From: Bacteroides sp.
GTDB lineage: Bacteria; Bacteroidota; Bacteroidia; Bacteroidales; Bacteroidaceae
DNA length: 64,000 nucleotides
Direction of reading: 5' to 3'
Assembly: GCA_021202275.1 (NCBI GenBank)
Contig: JAJQDI010000025.1
Location: 8,112 to 72,111, forward strand
The notes below the pieces were generated by a model. The model was not told the DNA's origin, made no database searches, and was given only the letters and a program-made list of their open reading frames with translations. The position numbers and the translations under genes are program-made. Shown here one piece after another: positions 40,358-51,293 of this stretch (position 1 is its first letter; every line of letters starts with the position of its first letter).

Positions 40358-41509
40358 TTATAATAAGGTGATCCCCAGACCCGGTTTATCGTTCAGCGTG
40401 AGCTTACCTTTCACCACCTTCACTCCGTCGAAACGGTCGTTAGCGATCAACAGATTCCCATCCAGGTCAGCAAAATCCACAGCTGGTGAGAATTGCGCCG
40501 CGGCAGAGATCGCACAGGAGGTTTCTGTCATACAGCCCACCATCACATCCATACCTAACGCACGGGCCAGATTCACCATTTTCCATCCCTCACGCATACC
40601 GGTACATTTCATCAGCTTGATATTGATCCCGGTGAAAGCATGTCTCAGTCCCGGCACATCACTCAGTCGTTGCAGAGATTCATCGGCATAGATCGGCAAC
40701 GGACTTTGCTGGGTGACCCAGGCAATATCTTCCAGCTGCTCTTTGGGCATAGGCTGTTCGATCATCACAATGCCCTGCTCTTTGAGCCAGTGTACCATAT
40801 CCAGCGCGTAGTGTTTATCTGTCCAGCCCTGGTTGGCATCAATAGCCAGAGGCAACTGACACACCGAACGGATGGTCTCGATCATCTCCTTGTCGTTGTC
40901 ACCTCCCAGTTTCACTTTCAGTATATTGAAACGTTCGGCATACGCCAGCGTCTTTTCACGCACCTTGTCCGGAGTATCTATCCCAATGGTATAAGTGGTA
41001 TCAGGCGCTTTTTCTTTATCCAATCCCCAGATCTTGTACCAGGGAGCTCCCAGCAGTTTTCCCACCAGATCGTGAAGGGCAATATCCACAGAGGCTTTGG
41101 CTGCCGTATTGCCCGGCATCACACTGTCTACATACGCCAGAATATCTTCCAGCTGGAACGGATCGCTGAACTGTCCGAGATCTACCTGATTCAGGAAATG
41201 AGTGACCGACTCCAGAGACTCTCCGAGGTAAGGAGGCATGGAAGCCTCTCCGTATCCGATCACCCCATCGTATTCAATCTCTACCTGAATATCCGGTGTT
41301 GTGGTTCGGGAATATGTAGCTACGGTGAATACATACTCCAGTTTCAGTTCATAAGGTTTGAATCTGAGTTTCATTTTCTTGTCCGCGCCAACCAGGCGAT
41401 TGACAGAAAAAAGAGAAGGTACCGCGGCAGCCAGTGCCTCATTGGCTAACAGTCCGGTTCCGGCAGCTGCCAGAGCAGCTGTTTTCAGAAAGTCTCTGCG
41501 ATTTTGCAT
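40358..41509 (-). CDS. L-Ala-D/L-Glu dipeptide epimerase (enolase superfamily), Tat signal
   Basis: MQNRRDFLK. LKVKLG, DANQGW, IEQP, DES, NIKLMKC, DLDG. Confidence 0.9.
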   Translation of the reverse strand: MQNRRDFLKTAALAAAGTGLLANEALAAAVPSLFSVNRLVGADKKMKLRFKPYELKLEYVFTVATYSRTTTPDIQVEIEYDGVIGYGEASMPPYLGESLESVTHFLNQVDLGQFSDPFQLEDILAYVDSVMPGNTAAKASVDIALHDLVGKLLGAPWYKIWGLDKEKAPDTTYTIGIDTPDKVREKTLAYAERFNILKVKLGGDNDKEMIETIRSVCQLPLAIDANQGWTDKHYALDMVHWLKEQGIVMIEQPMPKEQLEDIAWVTQQSPLPIYADESLQRLSDVPGLRHAFTGINIKLMKCTGMREGWKMVNLARALGMDVMVGCMTETSCAISAAAQFSPAVDFADLDGNLLIANDRFDGVKVVKGKLTLNDKPGLGITLL

Positions 41510-41538
41510 GTTTCTATGGGTTTATGGGGTTAATAGCA

Positions 41539-42741
41539 TCAGTTATAATAAGGATTTGTTTCTGTCGTATTCAAGGCAGGGTCTTCCTTATTTATATAAG
41601 GTAATACACGGGTAGCAAAGAGCAGGCGGTTGAGGTTGTACTCGTCGTATTCCTCATCGGCCGGATCAAAACTATTGATGCGTACATCTCCCTGCGAATG
41701 GATAAACTTCTTACCTCCCAGAGAAATAGCTACGTGCACCACTCTCTCCTTACGTTCCGGCGTGGCTTTACGTCCGAAGAAGATCAGGTCGCCCGGTTGC
41801 AGATTGGAAAAGTCCGGAGCAATCTCTATATGTTCGCCGACATACGCCTGCTGCGAAGCGTCCCGCGGGATAATAATATCGTGCAAATATAATACAGTAC
41901 GTACATAACCGCTGCAATCCACCCCTTTGGCAGAAGTCCCGGCCCACAGGTAAGGAACTCCCAGAAGCGTGTGAGCCGTCTTTATAATGGCATCCGCATC
42001 CTGTCTGAGTGATTTTCGCCATTCCTTTTCCGGCATTCCCAGAAATTTGGATAGATACCCCCGTCTTCCGTCCGGATACATCACCCGATAATAATTTCCT
42101 TCCGAGCCATCCAGGCGCAGGCGATCTCCGGAAACCACATCCGAAACAGGCTGAGGATTCAGATCCGGCTTTTGAAATACAAATCCATAATGTGAAGTGA
42201 CTACCACTTTCTCCGCACGGTTCCACTCCTCATACTCCTCCTTTGTCATCGGGTGTATTCCCGCACGATGTACCCATCCGATGTAATTGTCGGGTGTCTG
42301 AACACGGTACCAGCTCTTCTTATCCAGAATGCGTACCGGCATTCCCATCAACGCCTGAGTGACCATTTCCGAGGAGAAATCGTCCTGAATACGGATATTG
42401 CACACAGACAGATTTACTACGCCATAGGTCTTTCCTTCCAGTTTCTCTTCATCCGGTAACACACGCAGACTATCAGTAACCTGATACCCCGCTTGCCCAA
42501 GTTCTGAGAGAAGAGAGGACTTCGCATCTGCGGAGGTGGTAATTCCGGTCAGGGTAACCTCCTTCCCTGCGACATTATAATTTACATCGAAAAGGGCAAC
42601 CCTCTTGTCAGGAGCATATTGCTGACGCAAGGTATCATTAAGTTGTTGGATGGTTTCGGGCAACTTCTTATCTGCACCTTCCGTAGAAGTACAGGCATAG
42701 CATAATCCGATGAAAAGGAATAAGGAGAGGTATTTTCTCAT
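41539..42741 (-). CDS. ykfC: SH3b + NlpC/P60 gamma-D-Glu-specific peptidase (YkfC-like), lipoprotein
   Basis: SEMVTQALMG, PYLWAGTSAKGVDCSG, PRDASQQ, HVAI. Paired with the epimerase. Confidence 0.88.
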   Translation of the reverse strand: MRKYLSLFLFIGLCYACTSTEGADKKLPETIQQLNDTLRQQYAPDKRVALFDVNYNVAGKEVTLTGITTSADAKSSLLSELGQAGYQVTDSLRVLPDEEKLEGKTYGVVNLSVCNIRIQDDFSSEMVTQALMGMPVRILDKKSWYRVQTPDNYIGWVHRAGIHPMTKEEYEEWNRAEKVVVTSHYGFVFQKPDLNPQPVSDVVSGDRLRLDGSEGNYYRVMYPDGRRGYLSKFLGMPEKEWRKSLRQDADAIIKTAHTLLGVPYLWAGTSAKGVDCSGYVRTVLYLHDIIIPRDASQQAYVGEHIEIAPDFSNLQPGDLIFFGRKATPERKERVVHVAISLGGKKFIHSQGDVRINSFDPADEEYDEYNLNRLLFATRVLPYINKEDPALNTTETNPYYN

Positions 42742-42969
42742 GAACTTTATGTTTAGGGAGTTAACTAAGTACACAAAGATAGGGATATTTTCTACTTGCG
42801 ATACACTTTTTCAGGAAAATTAAGAAAGCTCTTCTTTCCGATACAGGATACACGCATGTATGCGGCGTTGCACAGACTTTTCCTGTCGATGTGTCAGAGG
42901 AGGTATAAGGTAAATAATAAAAGTCCCGGTTTGTCAGACCCATAGAAATATCCTATCTTTGCTTGCTAA

Positions 42970-43328
42970 AGCAGTCAGACGGTTTGTCGCTCACAGGATC
43001 TGTGGGAGGAAAGTCCGGGCAACACAGAGCACCCTACTTCCTAACGGGAAGCTGTCCGTGAGGGTAGAGCAACGTAGAAGAAAAGAACCGCCGTTTTCCT
43101 GGAGGAAACGGTAAGGGTGAGAAGGTGGGGTAAGAGCCTACCAGTCTTATGGTGACATAAGGGCTGTACGTCTTAGGGGTTGTAAGGTCATGTATACCGA
43201 CGTTAAGAGGGCTGCTCGCCCCATGTCGGAGGGTAGACCGCTAAAGTGGAACGGTGACGTTTCACTCAGATAAATGACAAACGCCCTGCTTGTAGGGAAC
43301 AGAACCCGGCTTACAGGCTGACTGCTTT
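42970..43328 (+). ncRNA. rnpB: RNase P RNA (bacterial type A)
   Basis: GAGGAAAGTCCGGGC, GGGTAAGAGCC, AACAGAACCCGGCTTAC. Ends pair (AGCAGTCAG / CTGACTGCT). -7 box TATCTTTG just upstream. Confidence 0.97.
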
Positions 43329-43395
43329 TTTTATTGTTTTATAGGGAACCGGTCCAAACTCCCCGGAGCCTGCAATTGTTTTATCTACTTCATGA

Positions 43396-43614
43396 AGAGC
43401 CTGTTTAAATTTTGCTCGTTTCTTTATTCAGGCTTATTTTAGGTACATTTTTCTGTTTTTGAGACGATAACCAACGATCGACGCAGTCAACAGCGGGCTA
43501 TTTGAGCCGAGAAAAGAGGAAAATGGAAAAAAGACAGAAGAAAGAGCGAAAAATTCTGCAATAATTTATTTGTGGAACCAACAGTTGACGTAGTCAAAAG
43601 TTAAAACAGGATCT
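43396..43614. mobile_element. MITE copy 1 (eroded right TIR)
   Basis: Left end AGAGCCTGTTTAAATTTT; right end AAAGTTAAAACAGGATCT. The first ~140 bp are clearly homologous to 52572-52710. Confidence 0.75.
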
Positions 43615-43628
43615 TAATTCTCGGAAAA

Positions 43629-44954
43629 ATGAAAATAGGCCAACAGGTTACTAAATTCTGGAAGTTCATCTCGAACGATATCTGGCGGGTAACAGAAGAT
43701 GAAGTTACAAAAAGGAAATTCTCTTTCTATACGATCATCAAAACGCTGTATATCGCTATCGAACAGTTTAGTAAAGACCGGGTCATCAACAGGGCTTCCG
43801 CACTTACCTACAGTACGTTGCTGGCTATCGTACCCATCCTGGCCATTGTATTTGCCATCGCACGGGGATTTGGTTTTGCCAATCTGGTAGAGAACCAGTT
43901 CCGGGACGCCTTCGGAGGAGTGAACGATACAACGGAAACCATACTTCATTTTGCGGACTCTTACCTGTCGCAGACCAAGAGCGGTATTTTCATCGGTATC
44001 GGTCTTATTCTATTGTTGTGGACTGTAATCAATCTGATCAACAACATCGAACGTACGTTCAACCAGATATGGGATATCAAAAAATCGCGGACACCTTACC
44101 GGAAACTAACCGATTACTTTTCTATCATCCTGCTGGTACCGCTTCTCATTGTGATCTCTGCCGGAGCTTCTATTTTCGTCAGCACCATCATGAAGGGAAT
44201 AGAAGATTTTGTGATACTGGCACCGATCATCAAATTCCTGATACGTTCTGTACCGTTTGTATTGGTCTGGCTGATGTTTACCGGTTTATATATGTACATG
44301 CCTAATACCAAAGTGAAATTCAGGTATGCTCTTGTGGCGGGCATACTGGCCGGTACTGCTTATCAGTTGTTTCAATACATATATATCAGCGGACAGTTAT
44401 GGGTATCCCGCTACAATGCGATATACGGTAGTTTCGCTGCTCTTCCACTGTTCCTTCTCTGGCTCCAGACCTCCTGGACGATCTGTCTGTTCGGAGTAGA
44501 GTTTACGTACGCGGGACAAAATGTGAATAATTTCAGCTTCGACAAGGATACACGGAACATCAGCCGCAGGTACCGGGATTTTATTTCCATCCTGATCATG
44601 TCTATTATCGTGAAACAATTTCAAAGAAATGAGACTCCTTATACAGCGGAAGAGATCTCCCAGACATATAAGATCCCGATCAGGCTCACCAAACAAGTCC
44701 TCTATCAACTACAGGAGATCAAATTGATCCATGAATTTATCATTGATGATAAAAACCAGGATATCGGTTTCCTGCCTTCTGTAGATATCAATCAGCTGAA
44801 TGTAGCTACTTTACTCGACCGGATAGATACATTTGGTTCGGAAGATTTTAAAATAGATACAGAAACAGAATATAGTCAGCCCTGGCAGGTACTGATCGAA
44901 GCCCGGGAAGAATATTACAGAAATGCCAGCCAAGTGCTGCTCAAAGACCTGTAA
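43629..44954 (+). CDS. YihY/virulence factor BrkB family membrane protein with C-terminal wHTH-like region
   Basis: ASALTYSTLLAIVP, IERTFNQIW, YNAIYGSFAALPLFLLWL. Confidence 0.9.
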   Translation: MKIGQQVTKFWKFISNDIWRVTEDEVTKRKFSFYTIIKTLYIAIEQFSKDRVINRASALTYSTLLAIVPILAIVFAIARGFGFANLVENQFRDAFGGVNDTTETILHFADSYLSQTKSGIFIGIGLILLLWTVINLINNIERTFNQIWDIKKSRTPYRKLTDYFSIILLVPLLIVISAGASIFVSTIMKGIEDFVILAPIIKFLIRSVPFVLVWLMFTGLYMYMPNTKVKFRYALVAGILAGTAYQLFQYIYISGQLWVSRYNAIYGSFAALPLFLLWLQTSWTICLFGVEFTYAGQNVNNFSFDKDTRNISRRYRDFISILIMSIIVKQFQRNETPYTAEEISQTYKIPIRLTKQVLYQLQEIKLIHEFIIDDKNQDIGFLPSVDINQLNVATLLDRIDTFGSEDFKIDTETEYSQPWQVLIEAREEYYRNASQVLLKDL

Positions 44955-45030
44955 TATTTACGATTTACTGAACCAACGGTCGACGAAGTCAACCAACGGT
45001 CAGCGAAGCTAATTACGATTTACGATTGAA
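44955..45030 (+). repeat. Lone heptamer left arm H8 with CCAACGGTCGACGAAGTCAA module
   Basis: Starts immediately after TAA: TATTTAC GATTTACT GAACCAACGGTCGACGAAGTCAA CCAACGGTCAGCGAAGCTAA TTAC GATTTAC GATTGAA. Confidence 0.85.
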
Positions 45031-45234
45031 ATTCCTTTTCATTTAATAGTCTGAATGCAGGCTCACAAATAGGATGTGATTTAAGGATCTACCAGAGGAG
45101 TCCCACTAAATAAACGAATCCCATACTACATACAGACATATTCAAGTACCAGAGGCAAACCAGCAGTTCTCTGGTATGGAATAAAAAGTTGTAATCAGTT
45201 TCCCGGACAACTGTGCCTATATACCGGCACAGAT

Positions 45235-45771
45235 CTAATATTTATTATAAGAGATCACTTTTTCTTTGGGTTTTCTGATCTTACGCCGTTTGTCTTTCAG
45301 GGGATAGCCTATCACAACATCCAGCAACAACCGCCTGGATGAAGGGATTCCCGTCAGTTCTTTTATCTCCTTTTCATCAAACCATCCCAGGATACATGAG
45401 CCCAGGCCTTCGTCCTCAGCAGCCAGAGAGAGATGAGAAGCCGCGATCCCCAAATCGATCAACGGGAAATGTTTGTCTTTTACCTTTCCTCCCAGCAGAG
45501 AGGTGATATTGGCAGATTCCTCTACGACCAGGATATGTACAGGGACTTCTCTGGCAAACTTGTTCATACCCAATCCGGCAGTCGCCCGGCCCACTTTACG
45601 GACCAGCTCGGGATCGGTAACTACGACAAACTTCCAGGGTTGAGCGTTACACGCAGAAGGAGCCATACGGGCAGCCTCGAGAATACGCTCCAGCTTCTCA
45701 CTCTCTACCCGACGATCCGGATCAAAAGAGCGATCGCTCTGACGGGACAAAGCCAGTTCCAGGAACGTCAT
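45235..45771 (-). CDS. Nitroreductase family protein
   Basis: RQSDRSF, APSACNAQPWKF, GLGSCILG. Confidence 0.92.
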   Translation of the reverse strand: MTFLELALSRQSDRSFDPDRRVESEKLERILEAARMAPSACNAQPWKFVVVTDPELVRKVGRATAGLGMNKFAREVPVHILVVEESANITSLLGGKVKDKHFPLIDLGIAASHLSLAAEDEGLGSCILGWFDEKEIKELTGIPSSRRLLLDVVIGYPLKDKRRKIRKPKEKVISYNKY

Positions 45772-45772
45772 A

Positions 45773-46387
45773 TCAGTTGGCAGATCCGTTCAGAGTGATC
45801 ATCCGGCTGATATACTTCCCTATGATATCAAATTCCAGATTCACCACCGTACCCACACGAAAGGTATGGAAATTGGTATGCTCATAGGTATAAGGAATAA
45901 TTGCTACCTGGAAGGTGTCTTGTGTAGGATTACATACCGTCAGGCTGACGCCGTTTACGGTAACCGAACCTTTGTCTACCGTAAAGTATCCTCTTTGGGC
46001 CATCTCTTTATCAAATGTATATTGGAAAGTATAGTACCAGCTTCCCTCCGCGTCCTGTATGTCCGTACAAACAGCGGTCTGATCCACATGTCCCTGCACG
46101 ATATGACCATCCAGACGGCCGTTCATCATCATGCTACGCTCTACGTTCACTTTATCTCCTATCTCCAGCAACCCCAGGTTCGAACGCTCCAGCGTTTCTT
46201 TCATGGCTGTCACGGTATAGGTATCTTCCGTAGTTCCGACTACCGTAAGACAAACACCGTTGTGAGAGACACTCTGGTCTATTTTAAGTTCCCTGACAAA
46301 CGAACAGGACAGGGTCAGATGTACATTCTCCTGTTCTTTTTCTAATGCAACAACCGTTGCGTACTCTTCTACTATTCCGGAAAACAT
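45773..46387 (-). CDS. ribE: Riboflavin synthase (alpha)
   Basis: MFSGIVEE, SVSHNGVCLTV, GHIVQGHVD, GSVTVNGVSLT, VNLEFD. Confidence 0.95.
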   Translation of the reverse strand: MFSGIVEEYATVVALEKEQENVHLTLSCSFVRELKIDQSVSHNGVCLTVVGTTEDTYTVTAMKETLERSNLGLLEIGDKVNVERSMMMNGRLDGHIVQGHVDQTAVCTDIQDAEGSWYYTFQYTFDKEMAQRGYFTVDKGSVTVNGVSLTVCNPTQDTFQVAIIPYTYEHTNFHTFRVGTVVNLEFDIIGKYISRMITLNGSAN

Positions 46388-46596
46388 AAGCAGTTCTTTT
46401 TAATTTTACGATTACACTTTCTCTTCGGGTTATTCCCCGCAGACAGAGCCGGAAAGGAGTCCCCGAACCAGGCTCTTTTTCAAAGAGAAGGAGAGCCGGG
46501 ACATAAATCCTAACTTGCCCGGATTTGCGTAAGGGGTATCCTGTCTTCTACAAAGATACAAAGAAAAGAAGAAAAACAGGTTCTCAGAGCAGGTAT

Positions 46597-46631
46597 AAAA
46601 AAAATAGGGCTTTTCACAAAGCCCTATTTTT
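46597..46631. terminator. Terminator of phoU
   Basis: AAAAAAAATAGGGC-TTTTCACAAA-GCCCTATTTTT. Confidence 0.75.
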
Positions 46632-46876
46632 CAGTTTTCAATAGGTATTAGTTTTTTTTAAGGTAAAAAGATTGTTTTCAGGATAACGATGCAAATATAA
46701 GGGCTTTTCACCTTACAGACCAAATAATAAAACATGTCTTATAACATATTTTTGTCTTTTCTTTGGTTTTATTATCATTTAGTGACTAAAACCAGCTTTT
46801 GCAAACGTTACCGGAAAACAAATATAAAATTTTAATTTAATTTCAGCTAAAAAAAGAATCCGGAAAAACTTTGTCC

Positions 46877-47569
46877 TCAGAGCTTACGTGGATATCCTTC
46901 CTCGGTATTACCACTATGTTTCAATACCTTAGCATCAATAAAGAAAACAATTTCTTCTGCGATATTGGTAATATGGTCTCCTGCACGTTCGAGTTTACGG
47001 AACACACTTATGAATTGCAGATAAGTAATGGTATTCTCCGGATGCTCCCGGATATAATCTGCCAGGATGGAAGAAACCTCCGCATTGATCTCATCCAGCA
47101 CATTATCTTTGGCAAAAACAGAAGTGGCCAGTTCAAGGCTCTCTTCATTGAGGGCCCGTTTGGTGATCTCCAGCATAGAAAGTACTTCCGAAAGCATCTC
47201 TTCCAACCGCAACCGTTTCAGAAGTTCCGCATCCAACGCAGGGTCTTCACACTTGATAACAAACCGTGCAATCCCTTCGGCCAGATCTCCCAGACGTTCC
47301 AGGTTGGTATTGATCTTTAATATGGCCAGTACAAACCGCAGATCTACCCCTACCGGATTGTAAAGAGCGATGGTGTCTTCTACATCGCTGTCTATCTTTA
47401 ATTCAAAGGCATTTACCCTCCGGTCGCGTACAACCACCTGCTGAGCCAACTCGCGGTCCATTGTCAGGACTGCTTCTCCCGAACGATCTACCTGATTATA
47501 GACAAGAGTCCACATCTCATCTATCTCTTTTTTCAGCAGCATCAGTTCCGATTCTATAAACTTTACCAT
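46877..47569 (-). CDS. phoU: Phosphate signalling protein PhoU
   Basis: Two PhoU repeats: DLRFVLAILKINTNLERLGD and KLERAGDHITNIAEEIVF. Confidence 0.93.
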   Translation of the reverse strand: MVKFIESELMLLKKEIDEMWTLVYNQVDRSGEAVLTMDRELAQQVVVRDRRVNAFELKIDSDVEDTIALYNPVGVDLRFVLAILKINTNLERLGDLAEGIARFVIKCEDPALDAELLKRLRLEEMLSEVLSMLEITKRALNEESLELATSVFAKDNVLDEINAEVSSILADYIREHPENTITYLQFISVFRKLERAGDHITNIAEEIVFFIDAKVLKHSGNTEEGYPRKL

Positions 47570-48108
47570 TTTTATATTCTGAATTTATACGGTTTTTCTG
47601 TTTTACCAAGGCGCACTGAACGGACGGGGACTGAATCCATATGACCTTCCACATACGGATATACCTGACGAACGGTTCCACCTATTTATATATACAACTT
47701 CTTCCCTTGCTCGTGCAAAAATAAGAGTCTTTGTGATAAAGAGATTTTCTATCAGGCAACAAAGAAAGCCTTTTTTGTTAAAAACCTGTGAATGGGAGTT
47801 GAAGGATATGTTTCAAAGAGGTTACATTTATGTTACAAAGATTTTCAAGGCCTCTGTTGCGTACAAACAGAACTCTGATCCTCTCATCTATCGGAACAAA
47901 ATGTATATGTTTTATGCATAGAACGATCTCCGGTTTACACGTATCCGACTTCCCTTGCCGGAACATCCGGATCCCGGAAATATACATCAAATACGCCTGC
48001 CGTCCGTAGGTCTGCCCGGGGCAGGTATATATTCTTCCATTAAATAAATGACAAACGAAAAAAATATCCTAATTTTGCAGAATCAAACGAGTTAATGATT
48101 TAACCATT

Positions 48109-49833
48109 ATGGCAGAGAACAAAAACGAAGAGAATGTGGCTAAGAGAAGTCTCAATTTTATTGAGCAGGCAATTGAAAATGATCTGAAAGAGGGGAAAAA
48201 CAACCATAAGGTACAGACCCGTTTTCCTCCCGAGCCCAATGGTTATCTTCATATCGGGCATGCAAAAGCTTTCTGTCTGGATTTTGGTGTGGCCCAAAAG
48301 TACGACGGGATATGTAATCTCCGCTTCGACGACACCAATCCGGTGAAGGAAGATACGGAATATGTAGACTCTATCAAAGAAGACATACAATGGCTGGGCT
48401 ACCAGTGGGAAAATATATATTACGCATCCGACTATTTCGATCAGCTCTGGGAGTTTGCCGTTGAACTTATCAAACGTGGAAAAGCATATGTAGACGAACA
48501 GTCTTCAGAAGAGATAGCCAGACAGAAAGGGACGCCGACACAACCGGGAACAGAGAGTCCTTTCCGCAATCGTCCTGTGGAAGAGAGTCTGGAATTGTTT
48601 GAGAAGATGAACAGCGGTGAGATAGAAGAAGGTGCCATGGTGCTGCGTGCCAAAATAGATATGGCCAATCCGAATATGCATTTCCGTGATCCGGTCATCT
48701 ATCGGGTGATCAAACATCCTCACCACCGTACCGGAGACAAATGGAAAGCCTATCCGATGTACGATTTTGCCCACGGACAGAGCGACTATTTCGAGGGTGT
48801 CACCCATTCACTCTGTACACTGGAATTTGAGGTCCACCGCCCGTTGTACGACTATTTTATAGATGAACTACAGGAAGTGCCTCAACTGGCCTCCGCCGCT
48901 GACTACCGTCCCCGACAGATCGAGTTCAACCGTCTCAACCTTACCTATACAGTAATGAGTAAGCGTAAATTGCTTACCTTAGTGAAAGAAGGACTAGTCA
49001 ACGGTTGGGACGATCCGCGTATGCCCACTTTATGCGGTTTCCGTCGACGGGGTTATTCTCCGGAATCTATCCGGAAATTTATTGATATGATCGGTTATAC
49101 CAAATTTGAGGCACTGAACGACATTTCGATGCTGGAAGCTGCTGTGCGCGAAGATCTGAATACCCGTGCCACCCGTGTTTCTGCCGTACTTAACCCGGTG
49201 AAACTGATCATAACCAACTATCCGGAAGGTAAAGTAGAGCAAATGGAGTGCATCAACAATCCGGAAGATCTGTCGGCCGGCACACACACCATTGAATTCA
49301 GCCGTGAACTGTGGATCGAGAAGGAGGATTTTATGGAAGATGCTCCCAGGAAATATTTCCGGCTCACCCCTGGCAAAGAGGTCAGATTGAAAAACGCGTA
49401 TATCATCACCTGCACCGGCTGCAGGAAAGACGAGAACGGGGAAGTGGTGGAAGTATATGCCGAATACGATCCGGATACGCTCAGCGGTATGCCTGAGGCA
49501 AACCGAAAGGTAAAAGGTACCCTGCATTGGCTCAGCTGCGCGCATTGCCTGCCGGCGGAAGTGCGGCTGTATGACCGGTTGTTCTCCGTAGAAAATCCGG
49601 GTGCGGAACAAGAGGCCGATTTCCGTCAGTTGTTGAACCCTGACTCTCTGAAAGTGCTGACCGATTGTTACGTAGAGAAGTATACACAACAACTGACATC
49701 TACGGACTATCTGCAATTCCAGAGGATCGGCTATTTCCATATAGATACGGATTCTACCAAAGAACAATTGATATTCAACCGTACGGTAGGTCTGAAAGAT
49801 ACCTGGGGAAAAAAAGCAAATAACCCCTCTTAA
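48109..49833 (+). CDS. glnS: Glutamine--tRNA ligase
   Basis: TRFPPEPNGYLHIGH, MSKRKL, GWDDPRMPT, FQRIGYF. Confidence 0.97.
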   Translation: MAENKNEENVAKRSLNFIEQAIENDLKEGKNNHKVQTRFPPEPNGYLHIGHAKAFCLDFGVAQKYDGICNLRFDDTNPVKEDTEYVDSIKEDIQWLGYQWENIYYASDYFDQLWEFAVELIKRGKAYVDEQSSEEIARQKGTPTQPGTESPFRNRPVEESLELFEKMNSGEIEEGAMVLRAKIDMANPNMHFRDPVIYRVIKHPHHRTGDKWKAYPMYDFAHGQSDYFEGVTHSLCTLEFEVHRPLYDYFIDELQEVPQLASAADYRPRQIEFNRLNLTYTVMSKRKLLTLVKEGLVNGWDDPRMPTLCGFRRRGYSPESIRKFIDMIGYTKFEALNDISMLEAAVREDLNTRATRVSAVLNPVKLIITNYPEGKVEQMECINNPEDLSAGTHTIEFSRELWIEKEDFMEDAPRKYFRLTPGKEVRLKNAYIITCTGCRKDENGEVVEVYAEYDPDTLSGMPEANRKVKGTLHWLSCAHCLPAEVRLYDRLFSVENPGAEQEADFRQLLNPDSLKVLTDCYVEKYTQQLTSTDYLQFQRIGYFHIDTDSTKEQLIFNRTVGLKDTWGKKANNPS

Positions 49834-49846
49834 TACACTACAATAC

Positions 49847-51289
49847 ATGGGAAGAATCAATAAGATTCCGGACGATGCGTGGGAAGATTTATTGAGTCGG
49901 TACGAAGCGATGAAGGCTTCGGGAAACTATAGTTATCTGGATGCGGAAGAGATAGCTGACCTGGCTAACCACTACCTTAACCTGATGGAAATGGAAGAAG
50001 TTTCTGCAGTGATCGAATATGGACTGAAACTTCATCCGGACAGTCCGGTGATCCGGATTGAACAAGGATTCTATTACTTAGATATGGATCAACCGGAAAA
50101 AGCCCGGGAAGCGATCCGGGACCTCTCAGAAGACTGGAGCGAAGAAGTTGTTTTTCTCAAAGTAGAGCTGAGCCTGATCGATAAAAACGTAGAAGAGGCC
50201 AAACGATTGTTCGAGACGCTGGACTACGCAGAGGATAAAGAACAAATTATACGTATCGCATGTGTATGGTTAGATACGGGATTCGCGGATGAGGCTTTAG
50301 CTTTTATGGAACGTTTCCTCGACAAATACCAGGGGGAAGAAGAGTTCCTGAGCCTGTATGCGGAAAGTTGTCAGGAGGTTGGAAAGCTGGAAGACGCAAT
50401 CAAATATTTCAATATACTGCTGGACAGGCACCCCTATTCGGCCACGTATTGGGTAGACCTGGCAAGATGTTACTACGATCTGGAGGAATACGGAAAATGT
50501 ATAGAGGCGTGTGACTTTGCCCTGGCTGCCGAAGAGCATTTTACCATGGCCCATCTCTTTAAGGGAGATGCTCTCTTTATGCTGGGAGAAGATCAGAAAG
50601 CCATTGAGGAATACCAGAAGAGTACAACCTTTCAGTCCCTTCCTTCTCCACTGAATAACCTCTTTTTTGCACTGAAGTATTTTTCACAGGAAAAATATAA
50701 GGAGTCTATTCCCTATTTTATGAATGTACTGGAAGAGATCCCGGACGACGAAGCGCATTTGCGCGTATCGGTGTATTATTATCTGCCCTCCGCTTTGCTG
50801 ATCACCGGAGAAATAGCAGAAGCGCGGAAGTATTGCCACGAATGGCTGAAATACTGTCCCCGGGATGTGCAGGCTCATCTGCTCTGGTGCCGGATAAGTG
50901 CGGCAGCGAAGAACGATATCAGCCTGGAACAGGCCATTGAAGAAACTCTCATACTGGCTAAGGATGCGGAAAGTTTGTATGAACTGGGACAGATCTGTAT
51001 GCAGACCGAATTCTATCAGTATGCCGTACAGGCTTTTGAGAAGGTGAAGAGTTTAGATAGTAATTTTAAAAATATAGATTTAGAACTTTTGAATGTCTAT
51101 CTGCATTATAGATATTATCCAAAGATCGAAAGTTCTCTGGAACAGCTCAACAGCGAATACTGGAACCGTGATCTTAAACCTTACTGGCAGAATTCTAGTG
51201 AGGAAGAAAAAGAAGGTTTTATAAGAGCACTCATAGAGCAGGTAAAGCTGATGAAGAATGATCAAGAAGAAAATAATCCTGAACAATAA
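49847..51289 (+). CDS. Tetratricopeptide repeat protein
   Basis: Helical TPR-like repeats; acidic; follows glnS. Confidence 0.85.
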   Translation: MGRINKIPDDAWEDLLSRYEAMKASGNYSYLDAEEIADLANHYLNLMEMEEVSAVIEYGLKLHPDSPVIRIEQGFYYLDMDQPEKAREAIRDLSEDWSEEVVFLKVELSLIDKNVEEAKRLFETLDYAEDKEQIIRIACVWLDTGFADEALAFMERFLDKYQGEEEFLSLYAESCQEVGKLEDAIKYFNILLDRHPYSATYWVDLARCYYDLEEYGKCIEACDFALAAEEHFTMAHLFKGDALFMLGEDQKAIEEYQKSTTFQSLPSPLNNLFFALKYFSQEKYKESIPYFMNVLEEIPDDEAHLRVSVYYYLPSALLITGEIAEARKYCHEWLKYCPRDVQAHLLWCRISAAAKNDISLEQAIEETLILAKDAESLYELGQICMQTEFYQYAVQAFEKVKSLDSNFKNIDLELLNVYLHYRYYPKIESSLEQLNSEYWNRDLKPYWQNSSEEEKEGFIRALIEQVKLMKNDQEENNPEQ

Positions 51290-51293
51290 AAAA

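Noticed and set aside
46400-46420. TTTTACGATTAC as another heptamer arm
   Set aside because: A single imperfect unit, which is compatible with chance.
46390-46560. FMN riboswitch upstream of ribE
   Set aside because: The GC-rich leader can form hairpins, but I cannot find the conserved RFN motifs. An Rfam RF00050 scan would be decisive.
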